Assembly: GCA_033764095.1 (NCBI GenBank)
Contig: JANRJF010000068.1
Span: forward strand, 4,199-68,198
Source of the DNA: Deltaproteobacteria bacterium
GTDB taxonomy: Bacteria > Desulfobacterota > Binatia > HRBIN30 > CADEER01
DNA: 64,000 nucleotides
Direction: 5' to 3'
This document shows positions 16,564 through 25,536 of the stretch, piece by piece. The notes under the pieces are model-generated. The model made no database searches, was not told where the DNA came from, and saw only the letters and a list, made by a program, of their open reading frames with translations. Made by a program: the position numbers and the translations under genes. How positions within the stretch are numbered: the first letter of the stretch is position 1; each line of letters starts with the position of its first letter.

Positions 16564-18474
16564 TTAGTTCAGCTGGTAGGTGACGCGCAGCGCGACCTGA
16601 TCGCGATCGCGGAAGAAGCCGAGCGATTGGTAGGCGCCACTGATGTACTGGTAGTCGGCCTGGAACAGCAGCCAGTCGTTCCAACGATACGTGATCGTCG
16701 GGTGCAGTGCGGCGGTGCCGCGCACGAATTGGATGTAGGTCAGGCGCGGCGAGAGGCGGCCGTGCAGGTAGTCGGTCTGCAGCGTGATCTGGCCCTGCGC
16801 ATCGACGCCGTAGGCGTTCACGTAGTCGTCCTGGAAGGCGCCGCGCTGGCGGAATTGCGTGCAATCGCCGTGGCCGTTCCCCTTGACGCATACCGGGCCT
16901 GGCTTGAGCTGGCCGTTCATGCGGAAGTGGTTGGCCGGATTACTGCCGTCGTACGACGTGTTCCACGAGCCGACGATCGACGAGCTCAGCACGAAGCTGT
17001 TGGTCGGATTGAGGAAGCGGGCGAAGAAAAAGCGGTCGAAGCCGAGCTCGTAGCGCAAAATATCGTTGTAGGGCACGTGACCGGGGCTGGCGAGCTGGTT
17101 CGCGCCGTTCTTGCATGGCTGGTTGTTCTGCGGGTTCTCCGGACAGATGTTCAGGTTGGTCTGCGGCACGAAACCCTGCTCATGCTCAAACAGCTGCGCG
17201 TTAAGGCGGAAGATGCCGTCCACTGTCTCGCTGAAGAACGTCGCGGCGAGACCATAGACCATGGCCGGCTGGTGCTGCAGCGCGACGATGAAAAAGTTGG
17301 TTCCCGGTCCGTCGGGATTGCTGCCGGTGGGCTGACCGATCTGGATCGGCCGGCTGTCGGCATAGCCGATCTTCTTCGGCACTGGGTTGGGGAAGGTGCG
17401 GTAGACCCACGCTTGTGCGGTCAGGAATCGGTTCACGACGGTCTGAAACCGCACGCCCCAGCGGCTGCTGCCGATGTCCGCCTTGGGGATCTGGTCGAAG
17501 AGGACGAACTGGAAGCTGGGCGGGAAGACGCCGCCCGGGTAGCGAAGCGGATCGGAAAGAAGCTGCGGATCGACGCCGCGCGGCGAGTACGGGCTCAGGC
17601 CGACCGGATAGGGGGTGATGGCGACCGTCGAGTCGATGCCGCCCGGCACCCAGTAGCCTTCCAGGAATCCGCTCGACAGCGGACCGAGGGTATCGAAGAT
17701 GTTGTAGCTGGTGCGCACCGTGTACAGCGGGATGCGCGCCTCATCGATGTCCTGGAAGAAGCCCGGCGCGGCCAGGGTGAGGTCGAAGGGATTGCTCTGG
17801 TCGAGCAGTGCGACCGTGTCGGACTCACCCCAGGAGATGCTCTGCTTGCCGACGCGCAGGAAGAAGGGGCCTTTCGAGTAGCTCAGGTAGAGCTCGTTGA
17901 CGCGCGCCTGGTCCGCGTAGATGTCGCGCGGATCGGTCAACTCGGCGCCCGGGAACACGTCGGTGAACTGACGCGGCTGTTGGCAGCCGGAGCCGGCGAC
18001 GCGCGGGTTGCAGAGCTTGATGTTCTGCCCGCGGAAGTACCACCCGCCGACGCGCGGGTTCTGCGGCGTGACGCCGTTGTTGAACGACCGATTGAGGACC
18101 AGCTGCGACTGGTTGAACTGCTGCGAACCGTAGTCGTAGATGCCGTCGTAGAAGCCCCACGCGGCGATGCGAAAGCGGAAGTCGTCCGGCGACAGCCAAT
18201 CGAACGAGCTGCCGTTGAGGAAGTTCGTGTACGGCGTCAGCTTGGCGTCCATCTCCGGGTTGAAGAAGAAGCGGTTCTGGATCAGCTGGCCGGTCTTCGT
18301 GTCGGGCTCGGTGAAGACCTGCGAGTTCTCCGTGCGGATCGACGCCTGCGAGTAGATGCGCGCGCGCAGCGTGACGTTCTGGTCCTCGTCGAGGAAGATC
18401 GCCTGCGCCGTGACGGCAACCAGGCACACTGCACCACCAGCCAGCCACGCCAGCCAGGCTTGCCGTCTGAGCAT
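16564..18474 (-). CDS. DUF1302 family outer-membrane beta-barrel protein
   Basis: Start MLRRQAWLAWLAGGAVCLVAVTAQA (signal peptide) is preceded by GGAAGGAGGGGGAG. About 636 aa, aromatic-rich with a C-terminal ...YQLN terminus, typical of outer-membrane barrels. FLDEDQNVTLRARIYSQ at the mature N-terminus fits DUF1302. Confidence 0.65.
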   Translation of the reverse strand: MLRRQAWLAWLAGGAVCLVAVTAQAIFLDEDQNVTLRARIYSQASIRTENSQVFTEPDTKTGQLIQNRFFFNPEMDAKLTPYTNFLNGSSFDWLSPDDFRFRIAAWGFYDGIYDYGSQQFNQSQLVLNRSFNNGVTPQNPRVGGWYFRGQNIKLCNPRVAGSGCQQPRQFTDVFPGAELTDPRDIYADQARVNELYLSYSKGPFFLRVGKQSISWGESDTVALLDQSNPFDLTLAAPGFFQDIDEARIPLYTVRTSYNIFDTLGPLSSGFLEGYWVPGGIDSTVAITPYPVGLSPYSPRGVDPQLLSDPLRYPGGVFPPSFQFVLFDQIPKADIGSSRWGVRFQTVVNRFLTAQAWVYRTFPNPVPKKIGYADSRPIQIGQPTGSNPDGPGTNFFIVALQHQPAMVYGLAATFFSETVDGIFRLNAQLFEHEQGFVPQTNLNICPENPQNNQPCKNGANQLASPGHVPYNDILRYELGFDRFFFARFLNPTNSFVLSSSIVGSWNTSYDGSNPANHFRMNGQLKPGPVCVKGNGHGDCTQFRQRGAFQDDYVNAYGVDAQGQITLQTDYLHGRLSPRLTYIQFVRGTAALHPTITYRWNDWLLFQADYQYISGAYQSLGFFRDRDQVALRVTYQLN

Positions 18475-18656
18475 CTCCCCCCTCCTTCCGTTCGCACGCG
18501 GTGCCGCGTGTTCCATCGTCGACGTCCGTGCCTGCGAGCCCACCACTCACGCGCGCTCGGCGCGCGCTGCACGTGCGTTGTCCGATTCGAAGACGCCGCG
18601 TTGTAAGCGCGGCGGTTTTGCGCTGTCAAGGCCGCCGGACCGCAGTGCGTCACGCC

Positions 18657-21098
18657 TCAGCCGCGGCGCGCCGCCGCGACGGCGATGACGCCGTCGGCGG
18701 AGAGCGTGACGCTGACCGCGCCATCGCGATCGGTGCGCCAGATCTCGGCGCCGGCGCGCGCGTAGGCGCGCTCGACCTCCGGATGCGGAAAGCCGAAGCG
18801 GTTGTCGGCGCCGGCGGAGATGACGGCGAGGCGCGGCGCGACGGCGCGCAGCCACGGCGCCGAGCTCGAGGTGCGGCTGCCGTGGTGCGGCACCTTGACC
18901 ACGTCGCTCGCCAGCGTCGCGCCCCAGCGCTGCACCAGCGCCGCCTCGCCGGCCGCTTCGAGATCGCCGGGCAGCAGCACGGCGCGGCCGCCGTAGCGCA
19001 GCTGCAGGACCAGCGAATCGTCATTGTCGCCCGGCAGGCGCTCGGCCGGCGGGTGCAGGACGCGCAGCGTGACGCCGTCGATCGACCACGCCGCGCCCGC
19101 CGGCGGTTCGACCAACGCGACGCCGCCGGCGGCGAGCGCGCGGTGCAGGCTGGCGAAGGACGGCCCGCGTCCGGCGCTGCCGTTCCACCACAGGGCGCGC
19201 GGCGCGAACGTTTCGGTGAGGAAGGCGAGGCCGCCGTAGTGATCGAAATCGGGGTGGGTCAACGCCAGCCAGTCGACGTGCGCGATCTTGCGCCGCCAGA
19301 GCTGCGGCGCGACGACGCGTGCGCCGACGTCGAAATGGCCGCCGAGGCCGCCGCCGTCGACCACCAGCACATGCCCGGCGGGGAACTCGACCAGCGTGCA
19401 GTCGCCCTGGCCGACCGAGACGAAGGTGAGGCGCAGGGCGCCCGGCGCCGTGCGCGCCAGCGCCCAGGCGCCGGCGTCCACCGTCAGCGCGAGGGCGCAG
19501 CCGAGCACCGTACGCCGCCGCCAAGCGGAGTCGCGCAGCAGGCAGGCGCCGAGCAGTCCATAGAGCAGTGCCAGCTCCAGCAGTGACGGCGTCACCACCC
19601 GCACGCTGGCCAGCGGCCAGGCGGCGAGCCACGCGGTCAGCCGGTCGGCGGCGCGCACCGCCAGGTCGACGACGGCGAAGAGCGGCGCCACCGCCGGCGG
19701 CGCGATCGCCACCGCCAGCGTACCGAGCAGGCCGGCGCCGATGGTCAGGCCGCCGAGCAACGGCAGCACCAGCGGGTTGGCGAGCGGCGCGATCAGCGAC
19801 ATCTGATTGAAGTGCCAGGCGATCAGGGGCGTGGTGGCGAGCACGGCGCAGGCGCCGACTGCCTGCGAGACCACCACCCAGCGCAGCCAGCCCCAGCGGC
19901 CGTCGCGCAGGCGCAGCAGATGCGCCTCTGCCCAGGCGTCGAAGCCCGCGATCAGCCGCGGCGCGCCGAGCACGATGCCGAGGACGGCGGCAAAGGAGAG
20001 CTGGAAGCCGATGTCGCGCGGCGCCCCCGGCGTGCACAGGGCAATTCCGGCGGCCGCCGCCGCCAGCGGCGCCAGCCAGTCGCGCGGCCGCTCGAGCAGC
20101 AGCGCCGCGGCGACCAGCACGCCCATCGCCTCGGCGCGGCGGGTGGCGACGTTGTCGCCGGCCAGGGCGCCGTACAGGACCACCGGGAGCAGGCTCGCAG
20201 CGGTGGCCAGGTGCGGCACCACGCCGCGCAGCAGCAGGCGCTCGCTGCGCGCCAGCAGCCAGCGCAGCGCGGCGAAGGCGGCCGCGGCGACCAGTCCGAT
20301 GTGCAGGCCGGAGATCGACAGCACGTGGCTGACGCCGGCGCGCGCGAAGCGCTCGCGCACCGCGTCGTCGAGCCCGGCCATGTCGCCGAGCAGCAGCGCG
20401 GCGGCGATCGGCACGGCGGCCGGGTCGAGGTGCGCCGCCAGCGCCGCGGCGGTCGCGGCGCGCCAGTCGTCCAGCCAGGTCCAGGCGTCGCGCGCCGCGG
20501 GCAGGCGCGTCCAACCGCGATCGTCGGCGGCGAACGCCGTCAGCGCGATGCCGCGCCGCGCCAGGAACGCCTCATAGTCGTACTCGTCCGGATTGCCGAA
20601 GTTGCGCGGCCGCCGCAGCGGCAGCAGCGCCTCCAACGCATCGCCGCGCCGCCAGGGCTGCTCGACGCGACGCAGGGTGATCGAGACGCACACCGGCAGC
20701 GGCTGCCACTCGGCGCCGCGGCGCGCGGTCTGCAGCGCGACCACCATTCGCGTCGCGTGCGGTTGGCGCTGCGGTGGCTCGACGATCGTGCCGCGCACCC
20801 AGGCGCGACTGCCGGCAACGCGCATGGCCTCGCCGTCGTCGCGCGCCGCACCGACCTGCCAGAGCCCAACTGCCGCGGACAGGGCGAGTAGCGCGATCGG
20901 CCAGGCCGCCACCGTGCGCCGGTGTGCCGCCAGCGTCAGCGCGGCGATGGCCAACGCCGCCACACGCGGTGCCGTTCCGGGGCACAACGGGGCGAGCAGC
21001 TGTCCGACCAGCAGGCCGGCGGCGAGCCAGTAGAGCGGCGTGATCGGGCGCCGAGCGCTGCGCGGCATGCGCGCGTCGTGTCGATGTGGCGCAGTCAA
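18657..21098 (-). CDS. comEC: DNA internalisation competence protein ComEC/Rec2 (multi-TM channel plus C-terminal metallo-beta-lactamase domain)
   Basis: N-terminal competence domain with many TM helices. HPDFDHYGG and VKVPHHGS are MBL-fold metal ligands. Start could be the Met 10 codons downstream. Confidence 0.8.
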   Translation of the reverse strand: MTAPHRHDARMPRSARRPITPLYWLAAGLLVGQLLAPLCPGTAPRVAALAIAALTLAAHRRTVAAWPIALLALSAAVGLWQVGAARDDGEAMRVAGSRAWVRGTIVEPPQRQPHATRMVVALQTARRGAEWQPLPVCVSITLRRVEQPWRRGDALEALLPLRRPRNFGNPDEYDYEAFLARRGIALTAFAADDRGWTRLPAARDAWTWLDDWRAATAAALAAHLDPAAVPIAAALLLGDMAGLDDAVRERFARAGVSHVLSISGLHIGLVAAAAFAALRWLLARSERLLLRGVVPHLATAASLLPVVLYGALAGDNVATRRAEAMGVLVAAALLLERPRDWLAPLAAAAAGIALCTPGAPRDIGFQLSFAAVLGIVLGAPRLIAGFDAWAEAHLLRLRDGRWGWLRWVVVSQAVGACAVLATTPLIAWHFNQMSLIAPLANPLVLPLLGGLTIGAGLLGTLAVAIAPPAVAPLFAVVDLAVRAADRLTAWLAAWPLASVRVVTPSLLELALLYGLLGACLLRDSAWRRRTVLGCALALTVDAGAWALARTAPGALRLTFVSVGQGDCTLVEFPAGHVLVVDGGGLGGHFDVGARVVAPQLWRRKIAHVDWLALTHPDFDHYGGLAFLTETFAPRALWWNGSAGRGPSFASLHRALAAGGVALVEPPAGAAWSIDGVTLRVLHPPAERLPGDNDDSLVLQLRYGGRAVLLPGDLEAAGEAALVQRWGATLASDVVKVPHHGSRTSSSAPWLRAVAPRLAVISAGADNRFGFPHPEVERAYARAGAEIWRTDRDGAVSVTLSADGVIAVAAARRG

Positions 21099-21105
21099 AA
21101 TACTA

Positions 21106-21141
21106 GCCTGGCAATCTACATATTAAATTTACACCAGGCTG
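21106..21141. promoter_or_regulatory. 7-bp inverted repeat AGCCTGG-N22-CCAGGCT around an AT-rich core, in the divergent comEC/comEA promoter region
   Basis: Seen directly. This is the only markedly AT-rich stretch in the neighbourhood (caatctacatattaaatttaca). Confidence 0.3.
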
Positions 21142-21225
21142 GCTACTGCAGTACAGCGGGCGTACCCGGCTCCCGCGGGATCCAACACAAGTGGCGGCGC
21201 ACCAACGCCGCGAAAGGAGGGTCAC

Positions 21226-21570
21226 ATGACGACAGGTAGACTGATGATCGCAGCGGCGCTGTTGGCGCTGCTGCTCGGAACGGCACGGCACGCCGGCGCC
21301 GAGGCGCCGGTGAATCTCAACACCGCCTCGGCGACGGAGTTGGAGGGGTTGAAGGGGATCGGGGCGGCGAAGGCGCAGGCGATCGTCGAGCACCGCGAGA
21401 AGAACGGCCAGTTTCAGAGCGTCGACGACCTCAAGCTGGTGCGCGGCATCGGCGACAAGATGCTCGAGCAGTTGCGGCCGCAGGTGACGGTGGGGGGTGG
21501 CAAGGCGGAGGGCGCGGCGGCCGCAGCGCCGATGGCGCCCGCGGCGCCGGCGGCGAAGAAGCAGCCGTAG
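21226..21570 (+). CDS. comEA: ComEA family DNA-binding competence protein (helix-hairpin-helix)
   Basis: Signal peptide, then VNLNTASATELEGLKGIGAAKAQAIVEHREKNGQFQSVDDLKLVRGIG, the canonical ComEA HhH motif. Confidence 0.85.
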   Translation: MTTGRLMIAAALLALLLGTARHAGAEAPVNLNTASATELEGLKGIGAAKAQAIVEHREKNGQFQSVDDLKLVRGIGDKMLEQLRPQVTVGGGKAEGAAAAAPMAPAAPAAKKQP

Positions 21571-21734
21571 GTAGCTCTCAACGACACGTCCCGTCGGGAG
21601 CCGGGACGCACGCCGTACGGCCGACGGTTTCCTTGACAACCAGTCGCTGCCTCGGGCAGTCGGTTAGGTCGTTTGATTGAAACCGAGGATCTCGCGCGCG
21701 TGGCGTTCCGCATGCCGGTGAAGAAAGAATAGAA

Positions 21735-21837
21735 CTCAACGCAGAGGCGCAGAGTCACAGAGGGCGCAGAGGCATGCAGAAGAGAAATACTGCTCGTCCT
21801 CTCTGCGCTCTTCGCGCCTCTGCCCCTCCGCGTTGAG
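21735..21837. repeat. Long imperfect palindromic element with arms CTCAACGCAGAGGCGCAGAG / CTCTGCCCCTCCGCGTTGAG; related to the elements at 23033 and 25513
   Basis: Seen directly. It shares CTCAAC(A/G)CAGA and GTTGAGTCTC with the 23033-23188 element. Confidence 0.55.
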
Positions 21838-23017
21838 TCTCCGGGTTTGGGAGGGGCATTTGGGCAATCTGTCAGGTAAGTACGCGATCGTCGGCGTCGG
21901 TACCTCGCGCTTCGGCAAGCTGCAGGGCGTCAGCACGATGGGCTTCACGCTGGAGGCCAGCAAGGCGGCGATCGACGACGCCGGGCTGCCGCGCGACGCG
22001 ATCGATGGCGTGCTGGTGATGATGCCGGCGATCATGGGCGAGCAGCACGGCTGGGCGGCGCGCGTCGCAGCGTATCTCGGTGTGGAACCGACCTTCTCGG
22101 CGACCATGGATCTCGGCGGCGCCACCGCCTGCGGCTCGGTCGCCACCGCCATGGCGGCGATCGACGCCGGCTACTGCACCAGCGTGCTGTGCTGCTTCGC
22201 GACGCAGAACTGGCCGCAGGGTGTCGCCATGCAGCTTTTCGGCTCGGAGTTCCAGGTGCCGTACGGCGACGTCGGCGCGCTCACCCTGATGGGCCACATC
22301 AAGCGACGCCAGATGCACGAGCACGGCTACACGCACGAGCAGTACGGTGCCGTGGCGGTCACCTGGCGCGCGCACGCGCTCAACAATCCAGACGCGCAGA
22401 TGAAGAAGCCGATGACGCTCGACCAGTACCTCGCCTCGCGCTGGGTGGTCGAACCGCTGCGCTTGTTCGACTGCTGCCCGAACACCGACGGCGGTGGCGC
22501 CTGCGTCGTCACCTCGGTCGAGCGCGCGCGCGATCTCGCCAAGCGCCCGGCGCGCATTCTCGGTGCCGGCCAGAGCCACTCCGCCGAGATGATCCAGCCG
22601 ACCGGCCGCGATCCCGGCCGCATCTCCGGCAGCAAGGCGGCCGACCAGCTGTACGCCATGGCCGGCGTGACGCCGCGCGACATCGACTGCGCGCAGCTCT
22701 ACGACGCCTTCACGCCGCGCGTCATGCACGACCTGGTCGCCTACGGTTTCTGCGCACCGGGCGAGGCCGGCGCGTTCGTCGCCGCCGGCAACTGCACCTA
22801 CGGCGGCCAACTGCCCTGCAACACCGCCGGCGGCCTGATCTCGGAGGGCCACCTGTCGGGCTTCGGCCACATTCGCGAAGCGGTGCGCCAGCTGCGCGGC
22901 GAGGCCGGTCCGCGCCAGGTGCCGGATACCGAGCTCTGCCTGGTCACCGGTTACGGTGGCGCGCCGCACGAAGCGCCGCCGACGGTGAGCTACAGCGGGT
23001 TGATCCTGGCGCGCTGA
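21833..23017 (+). CDS. Thiolase-like protein, SCP-x / lipid-transfer-protein type (non-condensing acetyl-CoA C-acyltransferase-like)
   Basis: KYAIVGVGTSRFGK at the N-terminus and catalytic-region Cys/His motifs (CGS, GHIKRRQ, NTAGGLISEGH). TTG start at 21833 lies inside the repeat. The true start may be the TTG at about 21860, after GGGAGGGG. Confidence 0.7.
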   Translation: MSLRVWEGHLGNLSGKYAIVGVGTSRFGKLQGVSTMGFTLEASKAAIDDAGLPRDAIDGVLVMMPAIMGEQHGWAARVAAYLGVEPTFSATMDLGGATACGSVATAMAAIDAGYCTSVLCCFATQNWPQGVAMQLFGSEFQVPYGDVGALTLMGHIKRRQMHEHGYTHEQYGAVAVTWRAHALNNPDAQMKKPMTLDQYLASRWVVEPLRLFDCCPNTDGGGACVVTSVERARDLAKRPARILGAGQSHSAEMIQPTGRDPGRISGSKAADQLYAMAGVTPRDIDCAQLYDAFTPRVMHDLVAYGFCAPGEAGAFVAAGNCTYGGQLPCNTAGGLISEGHLSGFGHIREAVRQLRGEAGPRQVPDTELCLVTGYGGAPHEAPPTVSYSGLILAR

Positions 23018-23032
23018 CCCCGCCTGAAACTG

Positions 23033-23188
23033 CTCAACACAGATGAACACAGACCCCGCTCCGCCCGCCCGATGATTCACGGAGCCTCAACCCATCCTGG
23101 AAATGGGAAATGAAAAGGTTGGTGGAGGGTGGGGCTCTGTGGTCATCGGGGTAGGGGGGCGGGCGGATCTGTGTTCATCTGTGTTGAG
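23033..23188. repeat. MITE-like palindromic element: about 32-bp terminal inverted repeats CTCAACACAGATGAACACAGA...CCGCCCGCCC / GGGCGGGCGGATCTGTGTTCATCTGTGTTGAG flanking about 90 bp
   Basis: Seen directly. The GATGAACACAGA core is shared with the element at 25513. Confidence 0.6.
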
Positions 23189-23213
23189 TCTCTGATCTGA
23201 AGAAGAGGGACGC

Positions 23214-23621
23214 ATGTTCGGAGCGATCGAGAAGCCGTTGCCGCGGCCGACTGAGGACAGCGCGCCGTTCTGGGAAGCGGCGTTCAGGGGCGAGCTGCGC
23301 CTGCAGCGCTGCGGCGACTGCGGACACGTGCGCTTTCCGCCTTCACTGTTGTGTGCACGCTGCCTGTCGGCGAACAGCGAGTGGGCGAAGATGAGTGGTC
23401 GCGGCACGGTCTACAGCTGGGTGATCGTGCACCAGTCGCAGCATCCCGCCTTCAATCCCGATGCGCCCTACAACGTCGTCATCGTCGAGCTGGAGGAAGG
23501 GCCGCGCATGCACGGCACCTTCGTCGGCGACAACGATGACATCCGCATCGGCCTGCCGGTCGAGGTGGTGTTCGACAAGGTCAGCGACGACACCGCGCTG
23601 GTGAAGTGGCGCGCCGCCTAA
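23214..23621 (+). CDS. Zn-ribbon / OB-fold protein (DUF35 family), typical partner of SCP-x-type thiolases
   Basis: CGDCGHVRFPPSLLCARC zinc ribbon followed by an OB-fold region. Placed immediately after the thiolase-like gene. Confidence 0.7.
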   Translation: MFGAIEKPLPRPTEDSAPFWEAAFRGELRLQRCGDCGHVRFPPSLLCARCLSANSEWAKMSGRGTVYSWVIVHQSQHPAFNPDAPYNVVIVELEEGPRMHGTFVGDNDDIRIGLPVEVVFDKVSDDTALVKWRAA

Positions 23622-23700
23622 ATTCGCCCCCTCGTCCGTCCGATTCCCTCCCCCGCCCAGCGGGGGAGGGCTAGGGTGGGGGCCCCGCACAGGAGCCACG

Positions 23701-25536
23701 ATGCCAATCGCCAGCCGCGCCAAACCGAACCGCGCCGCCCGCAAGCCGGCGCGGTCACGCGCCGCCACGCCCGCCGTCGACGCGGTGACCGCGGAGATCA
23801 TCCGCGGTGCGATGGAGACCGTCTGCTACGAGATGGCGACGCACGTCTCGCTCACCGCGACGACGCCGATCCTCAACCAGTCGAACGAGCGCAACGCGAC
23901 GATCCTCGACGGCCGCGGCGCGCTGGCGGCGCTCAGCGTCGGCATCCCGCAGTTCATGCTCAGCTCGACGCTGCCGGTGCGCTTCGCGCTGCAGTTCTTC
24001 GGCGCCGACGGCCTGTTCGACGGCGACGTGCTGGTCGCCAACGATCCCTACCACGGCGGCGGTCACCTGCCGGACTACAACATCTTCGCGCCGGTCTTTC
24101 ACCGCGGCGAGCTGGTGCTGATCGCCTCGATCCAGTGCCACCACGCCGATACCGGCGGCGGTATGCCGGGCGGCTACAACGTCGACGCGCAGGACATCTG
24201 GGCCGAAGGTGTTCGCTTCCCGGCGCTGAAGATCTTCGAGAAGGGCGTCGAGCGCAAAGACGTCTCCTACTTCATGAAGGTCAACAACCGCACCCCGACC
24301 TTCGTCGGCGACCTGCGCGCGCAGATCGGCGCGGCGCAACTCGGCGTGCGGCGGCTGAAGGACGTCATCGCCCGGCACGGCGTCGCCGCGGTGCGCGGCG
24401 CGGCGCAGTACATGATCGACTATGCGGCGCGGCGCTTCCGCGAGGAGGTGCGCGGCTGGCGCGACGGCGTGTACGAGTCGGACGTCTTCGTCGACCACGA
24501 CCCGAAGGGCAACAAAGACATCCACATCCACTGCAAGGTGACGGTGAAGGGCGAGCGGCTGACCGTCGACTTCAGCGGCTCCGACACGCGCGACAACCTC
24601 GCCGCCTACTCCACTTTCGGCAACACGCGCGGCTACGTCGTGGCGCAGATCGCCAGCATGATGGATCCGACGATTCCCAAGAACGAGGGGTTCTTCGATT
24701 CGATCGAGCTGATCGTGCCGGAGGGCTGCTGCCTCAACCCGCCGAAGAACAAGTCGGTCGCCGCCGGCACCCATCACCCCGGCACCGAGGTCGGCGAAGC
24801 GATCGCCAAGGCGCTGGAGCAGGTGATCCCCGAGCGCTGCTGCCCGCAGATCTACAAGATGGGCATGCCGACGGTGATCTTCGGCACCAACCCGAAGACC
24901 AAGCAGCTCTTCATCGACCACTCGGTCGACACCTTCGGCGCCTACTGCGGCGCGGTGAAGGGGCAGGACGGCTGGGGGGCGATGAACGTCAGTTTCGGCA
25001 ACCTGATTCGCGCCACCGGCGAGATCAACGAGAGCATCTTCCCGGTGCGCCACCTGGCGCGCGACTACGCCACCGACAGCGGCGGCGCCGGGCGCTGGCG
25101 CGGCTGCCCCGGTACCAAGTACGTGAAACAGATCCTGGCGCCGTCGCAGATCTATACCTACGTCGTCGGCCGCAAGTACCCGATGCCCGGTATCGCCGGC
25201 GGTCACGACGGCGCGCCCAACGAGCTGCGACTGCGCGCCGGCACCGAGCGCGAGCAGCTCGTCGAGACCACCGCCTTCTACGTCCCGCACGAGCCGGGCG
25301 ACCGCTACGAGTACCGCTACGGCGGCGGCGGTGGCTGGGGCGACCCGCTCGAGCGCGAGCCCGAGAAGGTGCTCGACGACGTGCTCGACGAGTACGTCTC
25401 GATCGAGGGCGCCCGCCGCGACTACGGCGTGGTGATTACGGGGACGTTGGAGGCGCTCGACCTGGCGATCGATCAGGCTGCGACCGTCTCGCTGCGTCAG
25501 GAAATGAAGAACGGAACCACGGATGAACACAGATGA
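23701..25536 (+). CDS. hyuB: Hydantoinase B / 5-oxoprolinase family protein (HyuB-like)
   Basis: 611 aa with GDVLVANDPYHGGGHLPD, the HyuB signature. Confidence 0.8.
   Translation: MPIASRAKPNRAARKPARSRAATPAVDAVTAEIIRGAMETVCYEMATHVSLTATTPILNQSNERNATILDGRGALAALSVGIPQFMLSSTLPVRFALQFFGADGLFDGDVLVANDPYHGGGHLPDYNIFAPVFHRGELVLIASIQCHHADTGGGMPGGYNVDAQDIWAEGVRFPALKIFEKGVERKDVSYFMKVNNRTPTFVGDLRAQIGAAQLGVRRLKDVIARHGVAAVRGAAQYMIDYAARRFREEVRGWRDGVYESDVFVDHDPKGNKDIHIHCKVTVKGERLTVDFSGSDTRDNLAAYSTFGNTRGYVVAQIASMMDPTIPKNEGFFDSIELIVPEGCCLNPPKNKSVAAGTHHPGTEVGEAIAKALEQVIPERCCPQIYKMGMPTVIFGTNPKTKQLFIDHSVDTFGAYCGAVKGQDGWGAMNVSFGNLIRATGEINESIFPVRHLARDYATDSGGAGRWRGCPGTKYVKQILAPSQIYTYVVGRKYPMPGIAGGHDGAPNELRLRAGTEREQLVETTAFYVPHEPGDRYEYRYGGGGGWGDPLEREPEKVLDDVLDEYVSIEGARRDYGVVITGTLEALDLAIDQAATVSLRQEMKNGTTDEHR

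Noticed and set aside
16627-18606. 659-aa plus ORF antisense to the DUF1302 gene
   Set aside because: Antisense to a gene with a signal peptide, a strong RBS and barrel-like composition. The translation is low-complexity (R/V/A/E/D).
18501-21043. Numerous plus-strand and minus-strand ORFs (for example 19021-20514, 19812-20891) across comEC
   Set aside because: All overlap the ComEC CDS, whose TM and MBL motifs identify the true frame. They are GC-skewed artefacts.
23087-23407. 106-aa minus ORF across the 23033-23188 repeat and the start of the DUF35 gene
   Set aside because: Created by the palindromic repeat, which produces mirror ORFs on both strands, and overlaps the DUF35 gene. No RBS.
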